Assembly (NCBI GenBank): GCA_963796965.1
Contig: CAWCNS010000011.1
Location: forward strand, 256,001-320,000
DNA length: 64,000 bases
Direction of reading: 5' to 3'
Origin: Calditrichia bacterium
GTDB lineage: Bacteria; Calditrichota; Calditrichia; JAJRVZ01
The translations under genes and the position numbers were made by a program. The notes beneath the pieces are model-generated. The model was not told the origin of the DNA and made no database searches. It saw only the letters and a list, made by a program, of their open reading frames with translations. Every line of letters begins with the position of its first letter. Position 1 is the stretch's first letter. This document shows, in pieces, positions 1 to 12,985 of the stretch.

Positions 1-1462
1 TTGCATAGCTTCTTGCCCGGCGACGGCGAATTAATACCGTGACTAATCCCAAAGAAACGGTAACTGTAATATAAATGGTAACAAGAAGATGCGTACTTTC
101 AATGACTCCCCAGGTCAGCGTTTTGGCAAGTGAAACGCTTCCATAAAGATTCGCCAAAAAGGATATAATCAAAAAGACTATAACCACGTACGCACTTCTA
201 AATAATAGTTTTTTGGCACCAATAAGTTTCCTATTATGTATCGGACTCCGCGGGCGCATCAGCCATAAAAGAACAATCAGGATTGTAAGCGTCGCAAACA
301 AAAGTATCATACGCTGCATTAAGACAAATCCAAGGGCATTTTTCTGAAGAATATCAAGGACAAATACACCGGCCATAATATAAAACGGTCGAAGCAGTTC
401 TCCGGGAAGCATTCCCCTGACTAATCTAAGCACGGGAAGAAGAAGCAATAATAACAGAAACTCCCCCACAGCGGCCGGAAAATCAGGATAAATCCATACG
501 GATAGGAATAAGGCTATCAAGAGAGAGGCTGAAAATGGACGGGAGATAAAATAGGCCGAATCTTTTAGTGAGGAATCCTCTTCATCAAATAGTTGTTTCT
601 TTTTATTCAAATGGCTTATATATAGCATCAGCACTAGTAGGATGACAAATAATACAACGTGGATATAAAAACGATCAGTATTAGCCTGAATAAAAGCATA
701 ATTAGAGCGAACTAATTGTTCCCAGCTCTCCTGAAACTGCTCTGCAAGGTGGAGCGTATCTTGATGTGTTTGTATGAATTCCAATAAAGGTGGGCTATCA
801 CGGACAAAGATCTGCCCGCGAAGATTGTCTTCAGATTCCGCTATCTTCTTTACAATCTCGATGATTTCATTCTGGCTCTTTGATATAGTGTTTTGAAATA
901 TCAATAGCTCATTCAACCTTTTATTTACCTTCTTCTCCCCTTCCACGATTTCCTTTAGGATCGTTGACACTCTTTTTTGTATCGCCTGGGGTGCCTTTTC
1001 TTTCTGTGCCTCTTCACCGGTTAACTGCCAGACCACTTTTATTTCTTTTATGGTTAATAGTTTTTTTTCAACACTCTGGGATTCTGTTAAAAGCCGTTCC
1101 TTCCACTCATCTATTCTGCTTTGATAGAGTTTCCACTCCTGATGGAGAGCATTTAAGACACGGAGTTCCAGGTTAGTAATGTCTGAAAGTATTTTGTTTG
1201 ACTGCAGTTTTTTTAGAGAGTCCAGCACCTGTGGAATATTCTCCTCAAATTCAGCAAAAACCTCAGATGATTCTAAATCCTGAAGAATCTTTTGCAAACC
1301 TTGCTGAACCACATCCGCTTTTTCGGTGATTAGGGTTACTGGAATAGCTACAGGCTGGGCTTCAACCTGCTCTGAAGGCACTTTTTGATCCTGAACCGCC
1401 TGTCCAAAAGATGTGGCAGAAAAGACGACGAAAATTAAAAGTAAGGGAAGAAATTTGTACAT
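1..1462 (-). CDS. Large MscS/MscK-like mechanosensitive channel, N-terminal part (frameshifted, runs off window)
   Basis: Manual translation: signal peptide MYKFLPLLLIFVVFSATSFG at 1462, a coiled-coil periplasmic region, then several TM helices toward position 1. The MscS core itself is not in the window. Confidence 0.5.
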   Translation of the reverse strand, partial: MYKFLPLLLIFVVFSATSFGQAVQDQKVPSEQVEAQPVAIPVTLITEKADVVQQGLQKILQDLESSEVFAEFEENIPQVLDSLKKLQSNKILSDITNLELRVLNALHQEWKLYQSRIDEWKERLLTESQSVEKKLLTIKEIKVVWQLTGEEAQKEKAPQAIQKRVSTILKEIVEGEKKVNKRLNELLIFQNTISKSQNEIIEIVKKIAESEDNLRGQIFVRDSPPLLEFIQTHQDTLHLAEQFQESWEQLVRSNYAFIQANTDRFYIHVVLFVILLVLMLYISHLNKKKQLFDEEDSSLKDSAYFISRPFSASLLIALFLSVWIYPDFPAAVGEFLLLLLLLPVLRLVRGMLPGELLRPFYIMAGVFVLDILQKNALGFVLMQRMILLFATLTILIVLLWLMRPRSPIHNRKLIGAKKLLFRSAYVVIVFLIISFLANLYGSVSLAKTLTWGVIESTHLLVTIYITVTVSLGLVTVLIRRRRARSYA

Positions 1463-1716
1463 AATGGAATCCTGTTAATTTTCTACTATCATACTTAAAA
1501 GAGATTCGATTTATTCTGGTGAGGTATGTAATCTCGATGGGAACCCTTGAAATTACGCCGTATGAGCAAAAAACGCAATATTTCTCAAAAAATCTGAATG
1601 ACATTAGCAATTTTATTTCCTTTTATCGCTTCACGCCCCACGCTCTACTCTCTACGGATGGTCCCCTCGCCTTAGTTTGAACATTGATTATTCTCTGTTG
1701 GATATTGGATATTTCT

Positions 1717-1917
1717 TCCACGAATTCACGAATTCCACTGATTTAAATATCTTTATTCTTATGGCAGACACACCCCGTGTAACGGGATCTTCGACGCGGT
1801 CTGTCCCTACTTGATAATTAATTACCACAATAAGAGACGGCCCAGCGGCCCGTCTCTACAACCATCGTATTGTTGATACTCTCCTCTCTTCTGTCTTCTC
1901 CTTTCTTTCCGAATAGT
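1717..1917. repeat. Left arm of ~200-bp inverted repeat (core 1779-1863) containing GTAG/CTAC REP-like palindromes
   Basis: 1779-1863 is the reverse complement of 3212-3298 with one indel; flanks align degenerately. Confidence 0.85.
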
Positions 1918-2024
1918 CCTTACCTGAACATTCGAATATTGATTATTGAATCTCCATTTAGGTTTTACTCATTCACCCTAACCTTGTATATTTACATATT
2001 CACAATAAATTATCAGGATAATAG

Positions 2025-3075
2025 ATGAGAAATCGATATCACATATTGTTGAGTGAATGGCTGCTCGTGATAGTCTATTGGTTTATTGTTTTTTATTTAT
2101 ATTACCTCTATGTGTTTATAGGTTATGGTGAGCAGCTTATTGAAAGCCCTCTTACAGATTATATCAACTCGGGATATGCCTACTATGAATTAATTATTCA
2201 AGACTATCCTTTTTGGATTGCTTTTTAATATTATCAACACCTTAACAGATCAGCCAAAAGTTCGCAGAAAATCACTCGGTAAAATAATCTTATTGAAGAG
2301 CAGCTTATATTTGATAGCGATTATCGGTTCAGAATTGATTGTACTGCTTATTTTCTACTTCTTCGATTTAATGTCCTATAAAGATTACGGCAGATTTGGG
2401 GATTTTGCTTCACTCAATTTCTATATATCTTTTTTGGTATATTTCATTATTTCTAGTCTTTCCATCAATTTTTTCCTGCAGATGAATCGCAAAATTGGTC
2501 CCGGAAATATGATTAAATTGCTCCTGGGACGGTACCATAAACCCCACGACGAAAATCGCATCTTTATGTTTCTCGATTTAAAAAGTTCTACAACGATTGC
2601 CGAAAAACTAGGACATAGAATCTATAGCCAGTTTATCAGGGATTGTTTCCAGGATCTGACGGACTCTCTTCTACGGTATAAAGCTGAGATTTATCAATTT
2701 GTTGGTGACGAGGTAATCCTCACCTGGGAGCAAGATCGTGGATTAAGCGGGCAAGCGTGTATAAGAACTTATTTTGATTTTAAAGATGCTCTTCTTTACC
2801 GCAGAGACTACTATCTTCGAACCTATAATACCACACCCGAATTTCGTGCGGGGATGGATATGGGTATTGTAACCGCAACAGAGATTGGTGATATCAAACG
2901 TGAGATAGCTTACCACGGAGACGTTCTCAACACGGCTGCAAGAATATTAGGGCAATGCAATAAATACAGTAAAAATTTACTTGTCTCAAAAAATCTTGCG
3001 GATCAAGTAAAAAGTAATGAATCTTTCCGGAAAGTCCCAATTGGTGAAGTTCGAGCTTCGCGGCAAAAAAGATAG
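2025..3075 (+). CDS. Membrane-anchored class III adenylate/guanylate cyclase (frameshift near 2220)
   Basis: TM N-terminus; motifs FMFLDLKSST, YQFVGDEV, AYHGDVLNTAAR. Confidence 0.85.
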
Positions 3076-3159
3076 TGTAAAGATTTATAGTATTGATGAG
3101 AACAATCAATAACAACCCGTGAAACGTATGACATGTGACGCGAAACGCGCCAGACGTGC

Positions 3160-3375
3160 ACTGTTCGGAAAGAACGAAGAAGACAGCAGAGAAGAGTATC
3201 AGTAATGCGTAGGTTGTAGAGACGGGCCGCTGGGCCGTCTCTTATTGTGGTAATTAATTATCAAGTAGGGACAGACCGCGTCGAAAGATCCCGTTACAGC
3301 GTGGGCGATGATCTAGTCCCGATAAGAATAGAAGATATTCTAAGATTCAAGAATGAAATTGTTGGAATTCGTGGA
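3160..3375. repeat. Right arm of ~200-bp inverted repeat (core 3212-3298)
   Basis: Reverse complement of 1717-1917. Confidence 0.85.
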
Positions 3376-3426
3376 CAAACCCAATTAATATCTAAAACCA
3401 AATACCAAGATAAAGGAGAGATCCCA

Positions 3427-4731
3427 ATGTCACCAAAAATGAATCGAAGAAGATTTATGGAAGTCAGCGCTGCAACCGGATTAGGTGTAGCCATATCTGG
3501 AAATGTAATAGGAAAGAGCGCTTTACCACCAAAGAAGACAGTAAAAGTAGGGGTGGTCGGCACCGGTAATCGTGGTAAAAGTCTTATGCGCAACTTATTA
3601 AATGTGGAAGGAGTTGAGATACCTGCTATATGCGATATCAACAAAGAACATCTTCAACAAGCGGAAGAAATTTTGTCCTCTGAAGGCAGAACAAAACCCG
3701 AGTTATATATCAAGGATGAATATACCTATAAAAAAATGTTTGAGCGTGATGATCTGGATGCCGTAATTATCGCGACATACTGGGAATGGCATACACCGAT
3801 GGCCGTAGACGCTATGAAAGCGGGAAAATATGCCGGAGTTGAAGTTCCCGCTGCCTACACGTTGGATGAATGCTGGGATCTTGTCAACACCTATGAAGAA
3901 ACCAAAGTACCCTGCATGATGATGGAAAACTGGAGTTTCCGACGGGACAACCTGGCTATCCTGAATATGATACGCCAGGGTATGTTTGGTGACATTGTCC
4001 ATTGTCATTGTGCCCATTCTCATGATTGTGTCGACCACTGGTTCTTTGATGGGGAGACAGGGATGGACCGCTGGTCAGCAAAATATTTACTTAATCATAA
4101 CCGTGATCAATATCCCACACATCAGCAGGGTCCCGTTATCAGCTGGTTGGATATCGGGTGCGGAGATTATTATGATTATATCACTTCCACAGCCTCAGAC
4201 AGCCGGGCGATAAACGCCTATTTTGAACGCCGTTTTGGTAAAGATCATCCAAATTATAGTCGCAAATATGCCCAGGGAGATGTTGTCACCACCGTCGTCA
4301 GAACAAAGAACGGAAAATCATTGGTTATAAATTATGATATGCAGCTACCCCGCCCCTATGATAACCGCTGGATGCTCCAGGGAACACGCGGGTTATATAA
4401 TGAGCAGCGGGAAGCACTTTACATAGTAGAAAAAAGTCCCGAATTTCACAAATGGGAACCTTTCGCACCTTACCAGGAAAAATATGAGCATGAATGGTGG
4501 AAACAAGAGGTAAAAGGCGGTCATGGAGGAACCGATTATATTGAACTCACTCAGTTCATAGAGGCTGTTCGAAATAAAACCCAAACACCAATAGACGTAT
4601 ATGACTCAGCAATAATGAGTGTGATTGGACCTCTATCAGAACAATCCATTGCCATGAACAGTGTTCCGGTTAAAGTGCCTGATTTTACACGCGGTAAATG
4701 GAAAACCCGGAAACCACGCTTTGCTGTGTGA
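3427..4731 (+). CDS. Tat-exported Gfo/Idh/MocA oxidoreductase, GH109 (alpha-N-acetylgalactosaminidase)-like
   Basis: NRRRFM Tat signal, GVVGTGNRG NAD-binding motif, EVPAA, YPTH, GGHGG, PDFTRGKW; RBS AAGGAG before ATG 3427. Confidence 0.85.
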   Translation: MSPKMNRRRFMEVSAATGLGVAISGNVIGKSALPPKKTVKVGVVGTGNRGKSLMRNLLNVEGVEIPAICDINKEHLQQAEEILSSEGRTKPELYIKDEYTYKKMFERDDLDAVIIATYWEWHTPMAVDAMKAGKYAGVEVPAAYTLDECWDLVNTYEETKVPCMMMENWSFRRDNLAILNMIRQGMFGDIVHCHCAHSHDCVDHWFFDGETGMDRWSAKYLLNHNRDQYPTHQQGPVISWLDIGCGDYYDYITSTASDSRAINAYFERRFGKDHPNYSRKYAQGDVVTTVVRTKNGKSLVINYDMQLPRPYDNRWMLQGTRGLYNEQREALYIVEKSPEFHKWEPFAPYQEKYEHEWWKQEVKGGHGGTDYIELTQFIEAVRNKTQTPIDVYDSAIMSVIGPLSEQSIAMNSVPVKVPDFTRGKWKTRKPRFAV

Positions 4732-4980
4732 TTTTACTCAAGGAAGAAACAAGAAACCACAAAGGACACAAAGAAGGCGCAAAGTACACTAAGATTATTA
4801 AGGAATGATATAAGATATAGGGTAAGAAAATAATTAAACAACCACTTCCTTTTACCCCCTCCTTAGTTAAGGAAGGGGATTATGGAGGGGGTGATTGGGA
4901 GTCCTTTTTTTTGCGCTGCGTCGCCGCGGCGCTGCGCGAATAGAAATTCATATTCTGGCAACAAAAAATGTGTTTAAGCG

Positions 4981-5006
4981 GGAACAATATGGAATTTCGA
5001 TTGTCT
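4981..5006 (+). promoter_or_regulatory. Putative ECF-sigma promoter
   Basis: GGAAC-N17-GTCT about 105 bp upstream of a Spy/CpxP-like gene. Confidence 0.45.
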
Positions 5007-5111
5007 AATATTAATATATCAAATCAAATAGAATCAGATCAAAGAAGATCAAATCACAGAATATTAATTAAGAATAATCTATACATTAGACAATCCTAAG
5101 GAGAGCAGATA

Positions 5112-5867
5112 ATGTTCAAATTTATATTTTTATCGTCATTGGCATTTGTACTTATGTTCAGCATTACAGCCTGTAATCAATCTGAACCGCAAACATTAGA
5201 GCAACCCAACTACTTCAAGAGTTTGGCCGGAAGTGACGCAGAATTCCTCCTCGTAGCCTATTCAGATCCGCTTGAAATTGAACAGGAAGAAGCATTTCTC
5301 ATTGATGGTGCCGGTCCTATGTATTTTTGGGTCCTGGATCTTACTGAAGAACAAAAAGAACAAATTAAAGAGATTGTAAGTGATTTGCGACCAGATTTTA
5401 AAGAGATGTGTTCTCGCTGGACTGAAGGGAAATCCTGGGAAGAGATACGTGAAGAGAGGATGGCACTTAGAGAGAAAATCAGAATGGCTATTTATGAGAT
5501 CTTAACTGATGAGCAAAAGGCGATTGTTGATGAAATGGCTGCTCAGCTGGCGGCCGGTGAATTTCCTGATGCTGTCGTCGAAAAACGTGTTGAGAAATTG
5601 ACTGAAGCGTTGGGTCTTGACACTGATCAACAACAGAAGATAACTGATCTTTTTAAAGATTATGGTTCTCAGATGATCCAGATGCGGAATGCCAGTGATG
5701 ATCCAAAAGAGTTCCATATGGCAAAGTATGAGCTATTTCAGGAATTAGATGCGAAGATCAGAGAAATTCTCACAGAAGAGCAGATTGAACTTTATGATGC
5801 TTTTAAGAATGAGAATCGTAAAAGGAAATTTCATGGTAGGTTTCGTGGATGGTCTGATAAAAAATAA
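5112..5867 (+). CDS. Spy/CpxP-like (LTXXQ repeat) lipoprotein
   Basis: Lipobox ITAC; repeated LDLTEEQ, ILTDEQ, LGLDTDQ, ILTEEQ motifs. Confidence 0.7.
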   Translation: MFKFIFLSSLAFVLMFSITACNQSEPQTLEQPNYFKSLAGSDAEFLLVAYSDPLEIEQEEAFLIDGAGPMYFWVLDLTEEQKEQIKEIVSDLRPDFKEMCSRWTEGKSWEEIREERMALREKIRMAIYEILTDEQKAIVDEMAAQLAAGEFPDAVVEKRVEKLTEALGLDTDQQQKITDLFKDYGSQMIQMRNASDDPKEFHMAKYELFQELDAKIREILTEEQIELYDAFKNENRKRKFHGRFRGWSDKK

Positions 5868-5890
5868 TACAGATCAATACAATTACATCA

Positions 5891-5918
5891 GTAGTGGCCG
5901 TTCGCGAACGGCCACTAC
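5891..5918. repeat. Perfect 28-bp GTAG...CTAC REP-like palindrome between convergent genes
   Basis: GTAGTGGCCGTTCG|CGAACGGCCACTAC. Related palindromes at 1833-1859, 37710-37736, 59617-59643, 61604-61628. Confidence 0.8.
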
Positions 5919-5981
5919 AATTCATTGCTCTTTGCTCCTCACTCTTCACTCTCTACGCTTTGCTCTCCACTTTATTTTTGC

Positions 5982-8194
5982 CTAGTGAAATACCTGCGAA
6001 AATCCCACAACAAATCTTCTTCCAAAATCAGGATAACCTACTACTGTTGAGAAACGTTCATCGGTCAGATTTCGTACCTCCAGATAGACACGTGTCTTGA
6101 AATTTTCGCCAAACGATTTCCCAAACGTAGCGTTAATTAGTAGATAATCACCTAATGGTTGCGGCTCGGAGGTTGTCCGTTTACCCTGCCTGCAAACCTT
6201 GTATTTTCATAATCTGATACAATCTTTCCAAAAAGGTTGAAATCAAAACCACGGTACCCATAATATACTCCGGCAGAAGTAATAAATTGGGGGAAGGTGG
6301 CGTTTTTAATAAATTCTCCGTCCTCCTCATACCGTGAGTAGACCGCCAGCAGATTTACAAAACATTCCAATGAATTAAACCATAGAGCCGATCGTGCTTC
6401 AAACTCAACACCTACCTGATCCTGGTTTCGATTCTTATAATATTCCAGTATCCGCCCATCATCAAAATGTACCGTATCGCTAAGTACAATCGCATTGTTT
6501 TGTTTGACAAAAAATCCGGTTAACGTAAATTGTCCCACATTTTTGATTATCGTTTGAAAACCAAGATCAAATTTATAACGGGTTTCATTCAAGGGTTTTT
6601 CATATGTTTCACTCAAAGAACCTTCCCTGGGTTTGATTTCTCCTGCCGAGAAATTTAAATGAATGGAATAGGGGGAATCAAAATAATATACCCCACCCAG
6701 ACTGCCCGTAAAAACACCGGGTTCCCATGCATCCACAACCGGATCTACTTTGGCAAATCCTCCTGCGACACCGTTAATATTAAACGCCCCGTACTCATTA
6801 ATATAGGATCTGGCCCAGCGTACCCCTGCATCCAGATTAAATTTTCCAAAACGGTGCTCATCCACAATAACAGCTGAAATCGTCTCCAAATCTGCTCGGC
6901 GACCACTATAAAATCGTTTGCCGTTTGGGGCTACCCAATGATTATAAAGGCCACCAAATCGCAAATTATTATTTTTGGATAATGAGAGTGCCTGGGTAAA
7001 GTTGAGTCCAAACTCATGGTCAGATTCGGAGACAACAATGGGTTCAGCATCCGTTTCTGTGACATATTTGGGATTTCTGTCACTATAATAGATCAACAGT
7101 TCACTGGATGCTTTCGGACTCGATTGATAAAATGCTTTTAAGTTAAATAATGTCGCACGATAGGGATCATAACGTGATATCTGAGTTTGTAGACGCGTAT
7201 TGGCTGGGGGTTCAGCCAGGGCTAATTCTCTTTTTCCATCTAAATAATAAAAATTGAAATCGAGATTGAGATCCTCTGAGGCTTGCCAATCCACCCGCCC
7301 ATAAAGATTTGCCATTCGCTCGGCGGCATTCTTATCCTCCGGACCAGCCGTACCCTGCAGGCCAAGTCCGGTTGCATAACTCACATCGCCTACCTTTGAT
7401 CCATGGGATAAACGGGCCCAATAGGAGCCAAATGTTCCATACTCGGCAGAATAGGAAGTCTCCATCGTTTCATACTGTCTGGTATCTACCTTAATTACGC
7501 CGGCCAATCCGTTTAAACCCGTCAACAATGCCGCACTGGATCTCACAATTTCAATTTTTTCAATATCAGCAGAAGAGTAAAAATAGGGTAATTCATGGAA
7601 TTCTCTCTGCCAGGCTCCATTTAGAGCATACTCCGGATAGGGGTAGGTTTGCCCCCGTACCGAAAAAAATTGTTTTACTTTTCGTCCCCGTGATTCGACG
7701 AATCCCCCTGGTATATACTGCATGGATTCTGTAAGTGTTTTAGCACCCTGTTTTTGGATTTGATCTTTTTTAACAACCGAAATGGCTGTATATAAGGCCG
7801 GTGATTCTAACTTAGGAGAGACAACAACATTTCGGTATTTTTGTGCTGTTACTTCAATAGCCTGCAATTGTAACACGGTAGGAACGAGGATAATATTTTC
7901 TTGAATCATAGAGTTCACACGTACTTCTACAGTGACTGTCTGAACCTTATAGCCCATCATCGATGTTTCCAGAGTATATTCTCCTGGAGAAAGTTTATCA
8001 ATTAGATAACTTCCATCATCCTGACTTGTCGTACCAAAAGTTGTACCGCTGACCACCACATTCACATTCTCCAGGGGTAATCCTGTTTCTGCATCGCTTA
8101 TAGTTCCCCTAATTCCTTGAGAAAAGACTAAGCCCAAATTTAATACAAGTAATAATAAACATTTATTTAAATTAATCTTTTTTATAATATTCAT
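5982..8194 (-). CDS. TonB-dependent receptor (C-terminal frameshift near 6160)
   Basis: Carboxypeptidase-regulatory-like N-domain, plug (IEKIEIVR), beta-barrel; the alternative frame ends in a GRRFVVG-type terminal strand. Confidence 0.85.
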
Positions 8195-8536
8195 GTAAAA
8201 AGTTCGCTTTCTCAATTTACTCTATATATCTTTTATATACAGAAATAATGTCCGGTTCAAAAGAGACATAGATGTTTTAATGAAGATTCTCATTAATAAC
8301 CCCTTCTCTTCTTTTGAGAAGGGCTCCTCAAACCCTCTCTTTTCAAGAGAGGGATTTAGGGTGAGTTCTTTAGATCAAGTCTCCATTTGGGATATTAATA
8401 TAATTATTTGATATTTCTTTTTTTATGAAGACAAATTTATTTCTTAACTGGAAACATATGAGATATAGACATTTATAATTTTTGAATTTTTTATATCACT
8501 GTATTAGAAATTGGTTGTGATACAATATTGTAGATC

Positions 8537-11500
8537 TCAATTACCGATTCCAATTGCTTGAACCTCTAATTCGTCCGAGATTATTTCGATGCCGGATAGA
8601 ATTGCCCTGCTGTTCGGGGCCAGGTCAGATGGTCTAAAACTAATCACAAGTTTATCCTTCACCGTTACCCCTTTGATGCGTTTTACAATATCTCTCTCAA
8701 CACCACCCGCTTCTTTTGCAATATCAAAATTCTTGAGAACGGGTTTCCCCTGTACCTCAACATTAAAGATTCTCTCTCCAGCCCCTTTTGACCCAAGCTC
8801 AGCAAAATACAATCTAATTGAATAAGATGCTGATAACATTGGTTCTGTGGACAATGTAATTTCTACAGTTTGAAGACCTGAAATGGCTGAAGTACTAACC
8901 CATGGTAAAATTTTACACCCTGGTAAAAATGAAGAATGCCGTCGCATATAGGTTGGCTCATCCGCAACAATTTTCACTGGAATATCTGGTGAAGGGCCAC
9001 CAATACTAGGATAATCCAACCATAAAACGCCATTTTCTGCCATCCGGTCGCCAGGCGCATTCATATTTAAACCTACTTTTTTAACCGGGTTACCGTCCCA
9101 GGCAAAATCACTGGTTGTCCAGTATTCAACGCCGGGCATGTGCACGAGAGCCAGGGAGGTTTGATTCTGGTAGCCGCATTGACAGGTGCGCGTATAATCC
9201 GGTGCGTTTAACACCCCATTTGCAGCGATCAGGTTGGACGTGCATCCAGATTTAAAACCACCAAAATGTCCTAATCCCCCATCATTTTCCAGGTCAAAAA
9301 AACCTGCAGCAGAGGATCTAAAGGATAATAAATTTTCAGATGCAATATTATAATTACAGCCTTTTGTTCTGGTATAAGTCCAGGGCAACATTTTCATGGA
9401 GAGGGGACTTTCTCTCTGAATTCTTTCACCACTAAATATATCCAAACCAATATGCTCTGTAATAATCTGATTATTATGCAGAATAGGTGGATTATGATAG
9501 GTAACGGGCTTATCCCACACTTCTGCACCACTATCTGCTTTATAAACAATCATTCTCCTTCCCTTTTCTCCCGATAACATGTCACCGGAGGGGCGTGTGG
9601 CCTGGAGGAGCAAATTATTTTTTTCTGAATATCCCAGCCAGGTACCAAAAACATTTTTATTTTTTTTCCAAACGACATCACCATTTTGAATATTCAGAGC
9701 CAACAAGCGGTAATTTGTGGGAAGTTCTATTCCCCGTCTTTCCATTTTACCTTCAATAAAAGCAGGAATTTTATCCAGGCAGTAGAGTTTCCCACCGGAA
9801 GCAACAACTGAATTATGAATAAAGCCATGCCGGCTTTCAATCTGCCAATTCACCACACCGGAATACCGGTCCATAATGACCAGCCGTTTGCTGGCCGATA
9901 GGTCATAATTTGTTTTATCCCTCAAATCTGTGAATTTTTTCAAGGAAAGCGAATCGAGTTTATTTTGCTCTTCTCTGGACAATGGCGTCAGACTTGAGTA
10001 ATCGGCAAACTCCGATCCGGCAATCAGATAATTTTTATATACACCAATATAGCCCCAGTCCGGTTTTATATTTCCCTCGATTAGTGGCAAATTAAATATA
10101 TTATTCACTTCCCCGGTTTTTATATCAAGAACCAGACAATCCGTTCCCTGAATAATATAAACGAAATCATGACTAACGACATAATTTGTACCCCTTCCGT
10201 TCGCTCCGGGTATATGTCTTTGATTATAGGTAGCCACAAGTGGGGTATTCGTATACGTCTCATTATAGTACATTTGAAATGTTTCGAGACAGTCGAGAGG
10301 GGTCTTCCACAAAACACGGCCCGTGTAGACGTCCCGGGCACTTATGCCATCCATACCTTCGATGATAAGCCGGCCATCAACAATCTGCTCTGGAGGGCCA
10401 TGTCCATGACGGGGTAATACATCTAAATTTGAATTCCCGCCAAACCACAAAAGACCCAGGGGCATTTTAACCAGATTATCATCTGATTTTACAGAATTCT
10501 GAATATTTCCATATTGATGGGTCCAGTCATCGGAACCTGCTAGGGGGCCGCTTCGGGTTAACAACAATCCATCATCAAAGATTTCATGTTCAATTTGCTC
10601 ACTATCAGATCTATTAATTACAGATATTAACTTTTCACGCTGTATTTCATCCAGGGGAAGCCATATACTTCCATCATAGGGTCTGGCCGTCCAAATTAAT
10701 TTTTCATAGTTTTCTTTATCCGGATAAAAGCCCGAATCCTCTATATTTTCAATGACAGTCAACGAAGAAAAATATTGTGGAAAATTAACAGTTGACAGAC
10801 TGCCTTGAATTAACGATATGCGCTGACCGTACAATCCCATATCATCAAATTTTCGTCTTAATTCATTTATTTTGTTTGCATCAGGATCAACACCAATTAA
10901 AGAAAGATTGGAATTTAATACCATAGCGGCTAATAGATCTCCATTCCCAATACCATAGACGATTCCATATCCTTCTGGATTAGCCGCGCGACTTAATAGT
11001 TTTGCAACGTTTCTGATTTAATTCTTCCGAAGGTGTCCAGTTCTCTGTCTGGTTATAAAATTGTGTTGCATTCAATTTCTCTTTTCCAAAGGCCATTATC
11101 TTGCCATCTTCTGTTACGGCAACAAGATAATCATTAGCCGCAATTAAACGACTCACCTGGCCATCCACTTTAAATTGCCAGATTTTCTGAGGTTTCCGTT
11201 TATCCGTTGATGGTCTCAATTTTGTTATTACGTTTTTGCCACCGGCATACAAAAAATCACCAGCCATAATCAAGTCACCCGAAGCATCAATATCTGACTT
11301 CCAGAGATCTTTACCCGGATTGATTGCACTTCGCGCTGAAATGCTGGGTCCTGAAAAATAGTACATTTCATTTGTGATAACGGGAAATTTACCTGGCCTC
11401 CGTGCGATTAACTCCCCATTATTCAGATTATATAAATTAGTCATTCTATCGCGATCATGATTAAAAAACACCGTATCAACAGCACAAATAAAAGACCCGC

Positions 11501-12317
11501 CAGATTTACCAAATTTTGCCAGATGATAATAGCGCATTTCCCCACTCAATCGATCAAAACAGGCAGGCACCGAGCGCCCTCCGGGGATGAGTAGATTATC
11601 GCCACTAAGAGCAAATGCGCCCTGGGGTGCTATACCAGCAAAGGCGGGATAATTGTGCGGTTGTCTGATAAAATTTGCACCGGTTTCTTCATTACGCCAA
11701 ACAACATCACCATTTTCAGCATCGAGGGCATAAATAAAAGTCCCCATCATCGGCCAGATACTATTCGCGAAATAGAGAATGCCATCTTTGATCACAACAC
11801 CGCCCCGTGCCGGCCACATAGATATTAATCGTCTATTTCCCAATATCTTTTGGTTCGTCGGTGCACCCTCAAACTTCCAAAGCACATCACCCTTCTCAGC
11901 TGACAGGCAATAAAGATTACCATCATCACTGGTAAAATAAATTTTGTTTTTCCAACCAGCCAGGGGTAAACGTACAGGTGCATCCGTGAAGAACTCCCAC
12001 TTCTGCCTTCCGGTTCGCAAATCGAAAGCAGCTACTTTATCACAATCGTTAAACCCTACAAAAAGAATCGTATCTAATATAACGGGTTCAAAAACACGGT
12101 CATATTGCATCAGATCATTATTTAGCGGATCATCCCAAACAGGAATTCGTGCGGTAAAATGTTGAACCCAGTGCATATGCAAGTTATCACTTAGTTCCTC
12201 TGAGCTCGCAGCTGTTCTTCCCGCATCATAGCGCCACATGGGCCAATCTTCCGGCAAGCATTCACTCACCAACAACAAAACAGATAAAAGACAAAAAAAT
12301 AAAATTTTAAAATTCAT
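8537..12317 (-). CDS. Large PQQ/BamB-like beta-propeller protein with C-terminal malectin domain (split by frameshift near 10980)
   Basis: DWPMWRYDAGRT, repeated G..W propeller blades, DWTHQYG, and C-terminal LYFAE...GERIFNV...FDI malectin motif. Confidence 0.8.
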
Positions 12318-12326
12318 TTACACAAC

Positions 12327-12980
12327 CTATATTAATTTAAAGTCCTCAATTTTTACGATCCGGTCAGCCATCTTAGCTCGCGTAATATCATGCGTGACAA
12401 ACAAAACAGATCCCCCATCATTTGTAAAATTTCTCAGAGCCTTGATTACAATCGATGAATTTTCTTCATCTAAATTTCCCGTGATCTCATCTGCAAAAAC
12501 GACCTTGGGTGTATGTAGTAAGGCTCTGGCGAGTGCGGTTCTTTGTTTTTCTCCTGCACTCATCTCGCCGGGCCTATGGTTTTTTCGATTCGACAATCCA
12601 AATGCCTCAATTAAGTTAAGTGCTTTTTGAGTGTCATTTTCTGATTTCAATGCCAAAGCAGGTAAGAGTACATTCTCAAGAGTTGTCAAATATGGGACTA
12701 AGTGAAATTGTTGAAAAACAAACCCAAAATTAAGAGCCCGGAATCTTGCCCGTTCCTCACTATTTTTCAGGTAAAGATTTTCTTTATTTGAACAGACCGC
12801 TCCCTCACTGGGATGTAAAAGTCCCCCGGCAATCAGCAGGAGGGTGGTTTTCCCACTTCCACTCGCACCCTGGACTGCAATAAATTCGCCAGAATCTACC
12901 CTTAGGTTTACACCTTTCAGGACATCAATAGACGCATCATCTTTTCGAAATCTTTTAGTAATATGTGTTAATTCTAACAT
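12327..12980 (-). CDS. ABC transporter ATP-binding protein (LolD/MacB-like)
   Basis: GASGSGKT, MSAGEKQR, DE.TGNLD, VTHD. Confidence 0.9.
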   Translation of the reverse strand: MLELTHITKRFRKDDASIDVLKGVNLRVDSGEFIAVQGASGSGKTTLLLIAGGLLHPSEGAVCSNKENLYLKNSEERARFRALNFGFVFQQFHLVPYLTTLENVLLPALALKSENDTQKALNLIEAFGLSNRKNHRPGEMSAGEKQRTALARALLHTPKVVFADEITGNLDEENSSIVIKALRNFTNDGGSVLFVTHDITRAKMADRIVKIEDFKLI

Positions 12981-12985
12981 CCAAA

